A stretch of 26,311 nucleotides of DNA from a virus (IMGVR_UViG_3300017912_002925:1-26311), one strand, 5' to 3'; positions 1 to 8,958 are shown, counted from the stretch's first letter. Numbers and translations: made by a program. Notes: a model not told the origin generated them from the letters alone.

Positions 1-17
1 AATGGTTGTAGATCACG

Positions 18-1718
18 TTGAGTGAAGAAATTGAAGCTCCAAAACGCAAACGGGGCCGTCCGAAGAAAGACCCAAATGCGCCCAAAGCCCGCTATAACCT
101 CTCTACTGCGGAAAAAGCGCGTAGAGCGACGCAAGCTAGCATAAACCGCTCAAAAAAAGAGGCGGCAAAGAAGCAAGCCGCCGCAAAGAAGCAAAATCAG
201 CGGGCGAACCAGCGTATTCGTGCCGCACAGAAAGTTGAAACAGCCTTAAAAGGCGAAAAGTCCCGTCTTGTAGACATGGGAGATGTTGACCAATTACCTT
301 CACACGTAAAGGAGCTAATTGGTGAATCTGATGTTGTATTTCAACCTAATGCGGGGCCTCAAGAAGAGTTCTTGTCCGCCCCAGAACAAGATGTATTGTA
401 CGGTGGAGCGGCTGGAGGCGGAAAAAGTTTCGCTCTGCTTGCTGATCCTCTCCGCTATTGTCACAACCCTAACCATCGGGGGCTTCTTCTACGCCGCACT
501 CTCGATGAGTTGACTGAACTCATATCAAAGTCGAAACAACTGTATCCCAAAGCGTTTCCCGGCGCCACATTCCGTGAAAGTAAGTCGACGTGGGTCTTTC
601 CATCCGGAGCTACTATATGGTTCTCATACCTCGACAAGGACAACGACGTCACTCGATATCAAGGGCAGGCATTCAATTGGATAGCTATCGATGAAATCAC
701 CCAGTATCCCACACCCTATGTATGGGAATACCTCCGGTCACGTCTACGGACTACAGACCCAGAACTCTCGGCAAACTTATCCATGCGTTGCACAGCAAAC
801 CCCGGCGGTGTCGGCGGCTGGTGGGTCAAAAAGATGTACATCGACCAAGGAGAGCCCGGTGAGCGTTACGTTCCATCCGACATGGAATCGGGAAAGCCAT
901 ACGTATACCCGGATGGACATGCAAAGGCAGGTCAACCGCTCTACTGGCGAAAGTTCGTCCCCGCAAGACTCACAGACAACCCGTACCTCATGCGGGACGG
1001 ACAATACGAGGCAATGCTCCTCTCACTACCAGAGGTTGAAAGAAAACGCCTGCTCGATGGTGACTGGGACGTCGCAGAAGGCTGTGCATTCCCAGAGTTT
1101 AACAAGCTCAAACACTGCGTTGAACCAATTGAATTACCGACAAATTGGCCGCGCATACGAGCCTGCGACTACGGCTACGCAAGCCCTTCGTGCGTACTAT
1201 GGGGCGCAATCGACTGGGACAACAACATATGGGTATATAGAGAATTATACGTAAAACACTTTACAGCAGAACAACTTGCCGCTAAAATATTAGAAATGGA
1301 GGAGTGGGACCCACAACCTCACTACACTGTTCTCGATAAATCGTGCTGGAATAGAACTGGATACGGCCCGTCTATTGCTGAAACCATGATGCGGATGGGA
1401 TGTCGTTGGGCACCCTCGGATAGCAACCGTATTGCAGGAAAGATGGAAGTACATCGCCGTTTAGGTGATAATGAGTTCACACAAGAACCTACGGTTAAAT
1501 TTTTCAACACATGCACCAATATAATAAAGCAGTTAGCGGGAATTCCTCTTTCAAAAACAAATTCTGAAGATGTTGATACAAAAGCAGAGGACCATGCGTA
1601 TGATGCGCTACGTTACATGCTAATGACTCGAACATCAGGGTATGTCTCCATACATAAGTCTTTGAACGATATTAAGAATAGCACGTTTCAACCACAAGAC
1701 GCAACCTTCGGATACTAA
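18..1718 (+). CDS. terL: Terminase large subunit with a basic N-terminal extension carrying an AT-hook-like motif
   Basis: Walker A YGGAAGGGKS, Walker B WIAIDE, motif III TANPGG, RNase H-like nuclease motifs RACDYG and EDHAYDALRY. The TTG start is uncertain because it lies at the window edge. Confidence 0.95.
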   Translation: MSEEIEAPKRKRGRPKKDPNAPKARYNLSTAEKARRATQASINRSKKEAAKKQAAAKKQNQRANQRIRAAQKVETALKGEKSRLVDMGDVDQLPSHVKELIGESDVVFQPNAGPQEEFLSAPEQDVLYGGAAGGGKSFALLADPLRYCHNPNHRGLLLRRTLDELTELISKSKQLYPKAFPGATFRESKSTWVFPSGATIWFSYLDKDNDVTRYQGQAFNWIAIDEITQYPTPYVWEYLRSRLRTTDPELSANLSMRCTANPGGVGGWWVKKMYIDQGEPGERYVPSDMESGKPYVYPDGHAKAGQPLYWRKFVPARLTDNPYLMRDGQYEAMLLSLPEVERKRLLDGDWDVAEGCAFPEFNKLKHCVEPIELPTNWPRIRACDYGYASPSCVLWGAIDWDNNIWVYRELYVKHFTAEQLAAKILEMEEWDPQPHYTVLDKSCWNRTGYGPSIAETMMRMGCRWAPSDSNRIAGKMEVHRRLGDNEFTQEPTVKFFNTCTNIIKQLAGIPLSKTNSEDVDTKAEDHAYDALRYMLMTRTSGYVSIHKSLNDIKNSTFQPQDATFGY

Positions 1719-3695
1719 ATGGCTCAACAACGCTTTACCCCTAAAGAACTACAGCAACTTACTCTCGGGCAATCTCTTGCGCTTAAAGCACAGCGTGAGA
1801 AAAATTTGGCAACAGAAATTGCATCTGTAATGGGGAAGCTCTCTGGTTTTGAGTATAATGGGCAAGAGATTCTCGATACCAAACTAGCCGAACTTGCTGA
1901 CGGAAAGGCTATTGCGGAGTGGAACGTATCGAGCCCGTACTCTGTTGGGCAAGTTGAACGTGAAAAGAAAGCAGGTCGTGTGTCTGTACAAGGCGGCGTT
2001 CTTGAAGTAAATAACCGATTGAACAACATTTTTACTGAGGCTGGTCTAAACGATAAGTCAGGACCGCAGTCTAGTATCAATAACAGACTTAAACAGCTTC
2101 TAAGTACAGAAGAGTGGACAGTATACACGGGTTATAAGTACTTTCGAGGACGAGCTAAAAAGAAATTTAACGAAAACGTACACGCGGGAACAAAAGCCGT
2201 ACTCGCTCGTTTAAATGCCCAAGGAAAAAAGGCTGAACGAGATTTCCTAGGTTTTAAATACTTCAGCGGTATTCGTATGTCGGATATGGGAGATTTTGAA
2301 GTCTCCGGCTACGATCCGGTTATGGGCACCTTGACTTTTATTGAAGGAAAATCCAAAGGAAAACCAACTGAAGAAAAGACTGTTATTTTGCGCCCTGCTT
2401 CAAGACCGTTTCTTGAGTCAGCAATTGCAGGGCGGGAAAAGGGAACGATCTTTGTAGATTACAAAAAGTTAACTTCACGTGTAAACGCTGAACTCAAAGA
2501 CGATCTGCCGACTGTTACCGGAAAAGATAGCGCCGGTAACCCGAAAGAAAAAAACTTTACTATGGGGGATTATCGGGACCTTGAGGAAGGGATTCTTTTA
2601 GAAGCAGGTCTCGACAAAGATGAACGTTTATTTGCGGCGGGCCGTGTTGGTTCAGACGAAGCATCTAAGTACATTGAAGATGAAATGTACTACGAAGTTG
2701 TCTCCCCCAAACTATTAAAAGCTGACGCAAAACTCGTTGCATATTCTGAGACTAAAAACGCTGTTCAGTACTTTAAAGAAATTGGGTTTGACGAGGGTCA
2801 ACTCCCTGATGAGTTGAAGTCAGTAATTATTGCAAAAGATTTAGTCACTAGCCCTCGCTATAAGAAGATGCTAGGTAAAGAGTTTTTGGACGGTTTGCCG
2901 ACACAAGGTGGCGGTCTTAAAGCTACCAACGAAGATGGGACAACATTTGTATTTAAATCAGACCCTGTGCTTGAGGCGGGATATACCGAATTTGCTGTCG
3001 GTGACTACGCGAAAAAAACCGTAGAAAATAAGGAAGCAGAAGCACTCGGTACGATTCGACTAGCTAAAATACTACAAAGTGATGAGTTTGCAGAAGCTAC
3101 AAAAGTACTAGATTCTAAAAAAACAACCACAACAAAACAAGAAACACGAGCACCCATTCCTCTCGAACTTGCTGACGATGATCTTGATGACGATATTGTA
3201 GAAGCTTTAAAGGAACTCGGAGATCGTTTTAAAAAAGTTCGACAAGCCACCCCTTCTCTGCCTCAAGGACTAGAAGCACTGGATATAGCTGTTGAAGCGG
3301 CTTCCACAAAAACAACTCCCGGTTCTGAAGAGACACAAATGGATAAACTCTTTAAATACGGAAGGCAGGGATATAAAGTTGGACGCGGCTTATACGGGCT
3401 ATACCAACTTCGTAAAGGAATTCAGCAACAGCTTGCCCCGTCAGAGGAGGGCCAGCCGAAGACACTATATGACTTCGGGAACACTCTTTACGATCAAGTT
3501 CAAGATGCTTTTTCGAGTCCAAAAAAGGACGAACCACAGCCTACGGTCCAAGGACCTTCTATGAGTCCAGTATACGACAAAACTTCTGAAGTTCCTGTTG
3601 ATACTAGACCACTTAATGAAAGACTAACTGAGTACCAACAATTTATGCGAGGTCTTCGAGAGAAGTCTCAAGATAAAGGAAATGAAATGCCATGA
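1719..3695 (+). CDS. 658-aa protein with a divergent tyrosine recombinase (integrase/Xer-like) catalytic domain at about aa 170-320 and a long charged C-terminal region
   Basis: FSGIRMSDM (R186), GTLTFIEGKSK (K211), KTVILRP, GTIF, FTMGDYRD (R286) and LLEAGLD...AAGR(309)...KY318 align with the box I, box II and Tyr motifs. The ATG directly follows the terL stop. Confidence 0.7.
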   Translation: MAQQRFTPKELQQLTLGQSLALKAQREKNLATEIASVMGKLSGFEYNGQEILDTKLAELADGKAIAEWNVSSPYSVGQVEREKKAGRVSVQGGVLEVNNRLNNIFTEAGLNDKSGPQSSINNRLKQLLSTEEWTVYTGYKYFRGRAKKKFNENVHAGTKAVLARLNAQGKKAERDFLGFKYFSGIRMSDMGDFEVSGYDPVMGTLTFIEGKSKGKPTEEKTVILRPASRPFLESAIAGREKGTIFVDYKKLTSRVNAELKDDLPTVTGKDSAGNPKEKNFTMGDYRDLEEGILLEAGLDKDERLFAAGRVGSDEASKYIEDEMYYEVVSPKLLKADAKLVAYSETKNAVQYFKEIGFDEGQLPDELKSVIIAKDLVTSPRYKKMLGKEFLDGLPTQGGGLKATNEDGTTFVFKSDPVLEAGYTEFAVGDYAKKTVENKEAEALGTIRLAKILQSDEFAEATKVLDSKKTTTTKQETRAPIPLELADDDLDDDIVEALKELGDRFKKVRQATPSLPQGLEALDIAVEAASTKTTPGSEETQMDKLFKYGRQGYKVGRGLYGLYQLRKGIQQQLAPSEEGQPKTLYDFGNTLYDQVQDAFSSPKKDEPQPTVQGPSMSPVYDKTSEVPVDTRPLNERLTEYQQFMRGLREKSQDKGNEMP

Positions 3696-3883
3696 AAAAT
3701 ATTATGGAAGCTGATACATACGGTATCGATTACAACTGCGGAGAAAACAACCTAGTTCGTGAATCTGCTGACTTTACAACAGAAGCAAACACAGAAGAGT
3801 TAATTGTTGACGCAGGTAGCGTTAATAAAGGACAGCTTGACGCTTCAATCTTAAATGCTGACAAAGAAAATCCTCTTTCTTAA
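3692..3883 (+). CDS. Small acidic hypothetical protein (63 aa)
   Basis: ATGA overlap with the upstream stop, AAAGGA upstream, and it fills the gap before the portal gene. Confidence 0.65.
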   Translation: MKNIMEADTYGIDYNCGENNLVRESADFTTEANTEELIVDAGSVNKGQLDASILNADKENPLS

Positions 3884-3899
3884 TAAAAGGTAACTTAGG

Positions 3900-5996
3900 A
3901 TGGCTGATGAGGGCTTCTTGCAAGCCCCGGATGACTCTCAGGTCGAATTTGTAGACGCTGAAGATAAAATGCCGGGTCTGGCCGGACACATTAGAGCTAA
4001 ATTTGACGATTCTGAAAATGGTCGTAGAACGTTTGAACAACGTTGGTTACAGGCGTATAAAAACTATCGTGGAGTTTACGATAGTACGACGCAGTACCGA
4101 GATTCAGAGCGCTCTAAAGTATTTATCAAAATAACAAAGACAAAAGTCTTAGCGGCTTACGGTCAGATTATTGATATTCTTTTTGCGAACAAAAAGTTTC
4201 CAATAGTTGTTGAGCCTAGCCCCGTTCCAGAAGGTATAGTTGAGTTTGCTCACGTAAAGGGACCCGGAGATGAAGTTCAAAGTCCATTTGGATTTCCCGG
4301 AGATGGCATGGATCTTGCTCCCGGAGAAACACAACTAAACTTCGGTAAGTACCAAGAGATGGCCGATCAATTAGCAGAAGGCCCATCTAAGCTCGGAGAA
4401 CCCCAGCTTGAACCAGCACGAGAAGCGGCAAATGCCCTTGAAAAGGTTATTCACGATCAGCTTTTAGATACTGATGCCGTAAACGTAATGCGGTACGCAG
4501 TCTTTGAGGCGTCTCTTCTTGGCACTGGTATTGTAAAGGGCCCATTTAATTTTTACGATAAAGTTCACCGATGGACTCGTGGCGAAAACGGAGAAAGAGA
4601 ATACACCCCCGAAGAAAAGATTGTACCTCGTTTAGAGCACGTATCTTTATGGGATTTTCATCCTGATCCCTCGGCAACAAGTATTGACGACTGTGAATAT
4701 GTTATTCAACGTCACCGCATGAATCGTCAGCAGTTGCGCTCTCTAATGAACCGCCCGTATTTTAACGCCGAAGCTATTGAAACAGCTATTGTAAAGGGAC
4801 CAAACTACGAAGACAAGTATTACGAAGATACAATTCGTGAAGATGATACTGAACCATACTATCAAGAAAACCGCTTTGAAGTCCTTGAGTATTGGGGCGT
4901 TTTAGATTCTAAGTTTGCTAATGAAGTAGGGCTCGATATTCCCGATGATTTGTCGCCCCTCGATCAAGTACAAGTAAATGTGTGGGTGTGCGGTTCAAAC
5001 GTATTACGTTGTGTTCTAAACCCATTTACACCCGCACGTCTTCCGTACTACGCTTTTCCATTTGAAATCAACCCTTACCAGATTTGGGGTGTTGGTGTAG
5101 CCGAAAACATGGAAGACGCACAGATGCTCATGAACGGTCACGTTCGTATGGCGATTGATAACCTAGCACTCGCAGGTAATCTCGTATTCGATGTAGACGA
5201 AGCATCACTTGTTCCCGGCCAGAACTTTGACATTTTTCCCGGAAAAGTGTTTAGACGTCAGTCGGGAGTTACCGGCACTGCAATTAACGGTCTGAAGTTT
5301 CCGAATACTGCGCCGGAAAATATACAGATGTATCAGATCTCACGTCAACTTGCAGACGAAGAGACAGGTATTCCATCAGTTATGCACGGGCAAACAGGCG
5401 TTACAGGAACTGGACGTACGTCGTCCGGCCTTTCAATGCTCCTATCACAAGGTAGCATGTCAATAAAGACGGTTGTTAAGAACATTGACGACTTTTTACT
5501 GAGGCCTCTTGGACTTGCGTATTTTCAGTGGAATATGCAATACAATGACAGTAGCCCTGACATTATCGGTGACCTTAGTATTAAGCCCCGTGGTACCGCC
5601 GCTGTCATGCAAAAAGAAGTACGCTCACAGAGGCTTACGACACTTCTTCAGACAGTTTCTAACCCGATGCTTGCCCCGTTTATCAAACTACCAAACTTGA
5701 TGAAGGAGCTAGCTATTTCACAAGATATTGACCCAGAAGAACTGGTTAATGATCTTGATGAAGCACAACTCTACGCAAAGGTACTACAAGGACTCGCAAA
5801 TGCTCAACAAGGAACAGGCCCAGAAGGTGGGCCCGTTGGTCAACCACCCGCAGGCATGGGAGGCCCTGACCAATTATCTGGCGGACCTTCACCAGTTGAC
5901 GCTTCGGGGACTGGTGACGGCACAATCGGAACGGGAAATGTTCCAGTTGCAGGGGAAGATGGTTTTACTGGAAACGCTCCTGAACCTCAAATCTAA
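3900..5996 (+). CDS. Portal protein (head-tail connector)
   Basis: 698 aa, located after the terminase. Podovirus portal-like motifs: LLGTGIVKGP, WDFHPDP, PYQIWGVGV, ADEETGIP, TGRTSSGLSML. G/P-rich C-terminal tail. Confidence 0.92.
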   Translation: MADEGFLQAPDDSQVEFVDAEDKMPGLAGHIRAKFDDSENGRRTFEQRWLQAYKNYRGVYDSTTQYRDSERSKVFIKITKTKVLAAYGQIIDILFANKKFPIVVEPSPVPEGIVEFAHVKGPGDEVQSPFGFPGDGMDLAPGETQLNFGKYQEMADQLAEGPSKLGEPQLEPAREAANALEKVIHDQLLDTDAVNVMRYAVFEASLLGTGIVKGPFNFYDKVHRWTRGENGEREYTPEEKIVPRLEHVSLWDFHPDPSATSIDDCEYVIQRHRMNRQQLRSLMNRPYFNAEAIETAIVKGPNYEDKYYEDTIREDDTEPYYQENRFEVLEYWGVLDSKFANEVGLDIPDDLSPLDQVQVNVWVCGSNVLRCVLNPFTPARLPYYAFPFEINPYQIWGVGVAENMEDAQMLMNGHVRMAIDNLALAGNLVFDVDEASLVPGQNFDIFPGKVFRRQSGVTGTAINGLKFPNTAPENIQMYQISRQLADEETGIPSVMHGQTGVTGTGRTSSGLSMLLSQGSMSIKTVVKNIDDFLLRPLGLAYFQWNMQYNDSSPDIIGDLSIKPRGTAAVMQKEVRSQRLTTLLQTVSNPMLAPFIKLPNLMKELAISQDIDPEELVNDLDEAQLYAKVLQGLANAQQGTGPEGGPVGQPPAGMGGPDQLSGGPSPVDASGTGDGTIGTGNVPVAGEDGFTGNAPEPQI

Positions 5997-6027
5997 CCAC
6001 CAGAGTGTGGTAGACGCGGAGAAATAA
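5800..6027 (+). CDS. Small helical protein (75 aa, MLNKEQAQKV...) overlapping the portal 3' end; portal-adjacent small protein, possibly Bbp19-like
   Basis: ATG at 5800 with AAGGA at 5788-5792. Amphipathic helical sequence with FQLQGK. It ends 6 nt before the next ATG. The ORF-track start at 5728 is probably too early. Confidence 0.75.
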   Translation: MLNKEQAQKVGPLVNHPQAWEALTNYLADLHQLTLRGLVTAQSEREMFQLQGKMVLLETLLNLKSNHQSVVDAEK

Positions 6028-6033
6028 TAAGAA

Positions 6034-7974
6034 ATGGGAAATTGGAATCAAGGCGGTGGAGGTGGCCGTGGAGGATCTGGTGCTGAAGTTGATGCTAATA
6101 TGGGGATTACTGGCAGAGGTGCCGATAGAAACGACGACGTAATGGACCAGTTAAATGAGGTCAGTAATGTCTTCGACCAAATGGATAAGATCTTAGATAC
6201 AGGAAATAATTTTAACCGTCCGGTTACAGTGCTAAACGCTGAAAATGAAATGAGAGGGTTTGATCCTAGAGGCGGTCGGTACAACGCAGATGATACAGCA
6301 TTTTTTGCAGGTGCCATAGGAGAATATGGGCTTGCGTCTCAGATTGCGCCGCCGGAACAGGACAATTCTTTTTTTGGAGGAATTGAACGTGGAGTTACTA
6401 AGGCGCTTAACGCAGTTCACGAACGTTTTGGCACGTCTATCAACAGAGAATACGCAATTCTTCCGTCCGAAAAATACATCGGAAAAATCACAGAAGACTA
6501 CGGGTTTACTGATTTTATCGGAAATGTCATCGGCACCGTAACTCCGGGCGGAGCAAGAGTAGATCGATACCGGTCGGAAGAGCTAACTAAAACCGGGCGT
6601 GGCACTAGGCAGTTTGGAGAGGCAAAAGCTTTTTACGGTTCAATTGATACGCGCTACGCGGTTACGCCTGAAAAAGAACAAGAGATGTTGGCCGAACAAC
6701 GTCGAGCGCAAGAAGAAAGAAGAAAATACGGGGGTGATCAACCCCCACGACCTACAGTAGCAACAAGTGTAACTGGCACTGTAACCCGACCGCGTTCTGC
6801 AATTTTGGGTGGTTTATTAGGTAATATGACAGATCCTCTGTATAACATAGCCGCACCATATACCAGTGATGCCCTAGACGCTGTCAATCCGTTTAGTTAC
6901 TTTGGTGGCGGAAGTACTACAAACGCATTTAATTTTGTAAAGGGGGGACCTGTACAAAAAGCTCAGATGGGCGGGGTTCAAGAAAGTATTGAAGGTCCTG
7001 TTGGATTTGTTGGCGGTCCCCCTGAACAAATGACAGAGGCGGAAACTGTTGCCGATGATGTTCCAGTTGAAGTCGCAGAAGGTAGTTATGTACTAAACGC
7101 GGCGGCTGTTGAATACATGGGAAGTGCTGATGTTAAAAAAATGATTCTTAGTGCTTTACAAGAGTTAAAAACACAAGGTGTTGATAAGGCGCAAAACATC
7201 GATGCAGTAGAACTAGATACGCAAGTTTCTTTGTTGGTATCAAAGGGTGAGGTTTTAATTCCACCAGCCGTTGCACAAGTTATCGGGTATGATCGTTTAG
7301 AAAAGATAAACAAACGCGGCTTGAAAGAGACAGAGAAACGAGTTCAAGAAAATGGTCAGAGTCCAGAGGCTGAAGCACTAGACCAACAACCTGCTAATCC
7401 TTCTGAAGGTATGAGCATGTCTGAAGGCGGTTTTACTGGCGTAGTAGACACAGTTGCTTCATTTGGCGCGGGACTCGTCGGTTTAGGTGATGCATATGCT
7501 ATTAAACAAGAAGCCGGTGAGTACGCAAAGCAGGCCGCTAAACTAGAAAACACAAACGCTTTAGAAAATAAATTTGATGCCATTCGCCACCTCGGTGGGA
7601 CGATGGCACTTTACAATAAATACCCCGAAATTGTAGCAAGTAGTTTACTCACAGTAAATGAGTTTTTAGGCGAAGGCGGAGCGTCTCAAAAAATGGACGA
7701 GACAAACAACGTCGTTGCACTAGAAGTGTACAGAAATATTCCTTTAGACAAGCGTTCTAAAATGTCGACTTTAGATTTTATGAAGTATGCAGAAACGTTT
7801 GTTGATCAGTACGAGCAAGCTGTAGAAGAAGGCAGGGACGTGCCCGAAAAATTTCGACCTGTATTGAGTTCACAGCCTAAAAAGAAAAGTACAAAGAAAG
7901 AGGTACAACTTTATATTATAGGTCCGGAAGGAACATGGGTACCTAACCCTAAACATCCGGACAATAAATCCTAG
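6034..7974 (+). CDS. Modular 646-aa putative internal virion/ejection protein with xxGG motifs, a 'DDVP...EGSYV/SKGEV' domain and a C-terminal DAxRH...MDxxNN domain
   Basis: Lies between portal and scaffold. Motifs FVKGG, AQMGG and MSEGG. ADDVPVEVAEGSYVLNAAAVE and VSKGEVLIP...GYDRLEKIN resemble a motif seen in tape-measure/ejection proteins. Confidence 0.6.
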   Translation: MGNWNQGGGGGRGGSGAEVDANMGITGRGADRNDDVMDQLNEVSNVFDQMDKILDTGNNFNRPVTVLNAENEMRGFDPRGGRYNADDTAFFAGAIGEYGLASQIAPPEQDNSFFGGIERGVTKALNAVHERFGTSINREYAILPSEKYIGKITEDYGFTDFIGNVIGTVTPGGARVDRYRSEELTKTGRGTRQFGEAKAFYGSIDTRYAVTPEKEQEMLAEQRRAQEERRKYGGDQPPRPTVATSVTGTVTRPRSAILGGLLGNMTDPLYNIAAPYTSDALDAVNPFSYFGGGSTTNAFNFVKGGPVQKAQMGGVQESIEGPVGFVGGPPEQMTEAETVADDVPVEVAEGSYVLNAAAVEYMGSADVKKMILSALQELKTQGVDKAQNIDAVELDTQVSLLVSKGEVLIPPAVAQVIGYDRLEKINKRGLKETEKRVQENGQSPEAEALDQQPANPSEGMSMSEGGFTGVVDTVASFGAGLVGLGDAYAIKQEAGEYAKQAAKLENTNALENKFDAIRHLGGTMALYNKYPEIVASSLLTVNEFLGEGGASQKMDETNNVVALEVYRNIPLDKRSKMSTLDFMKYAETFVDQYEQAVEEGRDVPEKFRPVLSSQPKKKSTKKEVQLYIIGPEGTWVPNPKHPDNKS

Positions 7975-7980
7975 ATTTAA

Positions 7981-8044
7981 ACGGCTACCCTGCAATCCCG
8001 CAGGCCCCGAAACCTACGGCTACCCTCATGCCATGAGGCCCCGT
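7981..8044 (+). promoter_or_regulatory. Tandem structured RNA elements (two hairpins with an identical CUAC/CC internal loop) upstream of the scaffold RBS
   Basis: CGG-CTAC-CCTGC-aatccc-GCAGG-CC-CCG (7982-8009) and ACGG-CTAC-CCTCAT-gcc-ATGAGG-CC-CCGT (8016-8044). RBS AGGAGA at 8050-8055. Confidence 0.7.
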
Positions 8045-8061
8045 GAGATAGGAGACTAAAA

Positions 8062-8958
8062 ATGGCAAAACCAAAAGGGCATCGCGCCAACAAAGCAAAC
8101 GATTCTTTCGGAACGATCAATAACGATCAAATCTATAAAGGAAAATACCGAGAGGACGTTTACAAAGATGACGACGACGAAGTAGTAGAAGCGACGGACC
8201 CCTCACAAGAAGAAGAAGAGGCTACTCCCGAAACAAATGAATCTACTTCATTTGCAGAACCTGCAAAGGGATCAGATACCGACTATAAAAAACGGTATGA
8301 TGATCTTAAACGACACTATGACTCCAAACTCGAAGAATGGAAACAAGAGAAAGAACAGATTACTAATGCACAACAGATAGGAGCTAAAGAAGGCGTTCCA
8401 ATGGGTGACCTTCCAAAAACTCCCGAAGAACTTGCTGAGTTTAAAGAAAAATATCCGGATGTGTATCATGTTGTTGAAACAATCTCGACCATTCAAGCAG
8501 AGAACCGGCTAAAGGAACTGAAATCAGAGGTAGAAAGTTTAAAAAACCGCGAGCAAAAAGCTCAATCACAAGCGGCGTATCAAGAACTTTTAAATTTACA
8601 TCCTGATTTTCCAGAGCTTAAAGGTAGCACAGAATTTATATCATGGTTGGATGAACAGCCTGATAGTATAGCCGACGGCATATACAAAAATAATTCTGAT
8701 GTTAGATGGGCAAGTAGAGTCCTCGACTTATACAAAGCCGATACAGGTATTGTAAAGAAACGTCAAAAGAAGAGCGATGCTGATGCGGCCTTAGCCGTAA
8801 GCAAAGCCACAGCAAAAGACGTGGTTAAAGAAGCTTCTCCTGACAAAAAAATCTGGAAAGCATCTGAAATCGGTAAAATGAAGCCGTGGCAATTCGAGAA
8901 GCTTGAAGCTGAACTCGATGCCGCACGTGCTGAAGGCCGAATAGACTATACAACTTAA
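8062..8958 (+). CDS. Capsid scaffolding protein
   Basis: Immediately before the major capsid gene. Acidic N-terminus, coiled coil DYKKRYDDLKRHYD, HPDF motif, and a C-terminal helical motif WKASEIGKM...FEKLEAELDAARAEGRI. Strong RBS. Confidence 0.85.
   Translation: MAKPKGHRANKANDSFGTINNDQIYKGKYREDVYKDDDDEVVEATDPSQEEEEATPETNESTSFAEPAKGSDTDYKKRYDDLKRHYDSKLEEWKQEKEQITNAQQIGAKEGVPMGDLPKTPEELAEFKEKYPDVYHVVETISTIQAENRLKELKSEVESLKNREQKAQSQAAYQELLNLHPDFPELKGSTEFISWLDEQPDSIADGIYKNNSDVRWASRVLDLYKADTGIVKKRQKKSDADAALAVSKATAKDVVKEASPDKKIWKASEIGKMKPWQFEKLEAELDAARAEGRIDYTT

Noticed and set aside
1719-3695. Classical prophage integrase with an att site
   Set aside because: No repressor, excisionase, att-like repeat, tRNA or host genes are visible, and the gene has no flanking intergenic space. 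It is kept only as a divergent recombinase.
7981-8044. Direct repeat ACGGCTACCCT considered as a mini-CRISPR or terminator
   Set aside because: There are only two short copies, the 'spacers' are self-complementary, there is no cas gene and no U-tract. It is better explained as a structured RNA operator.
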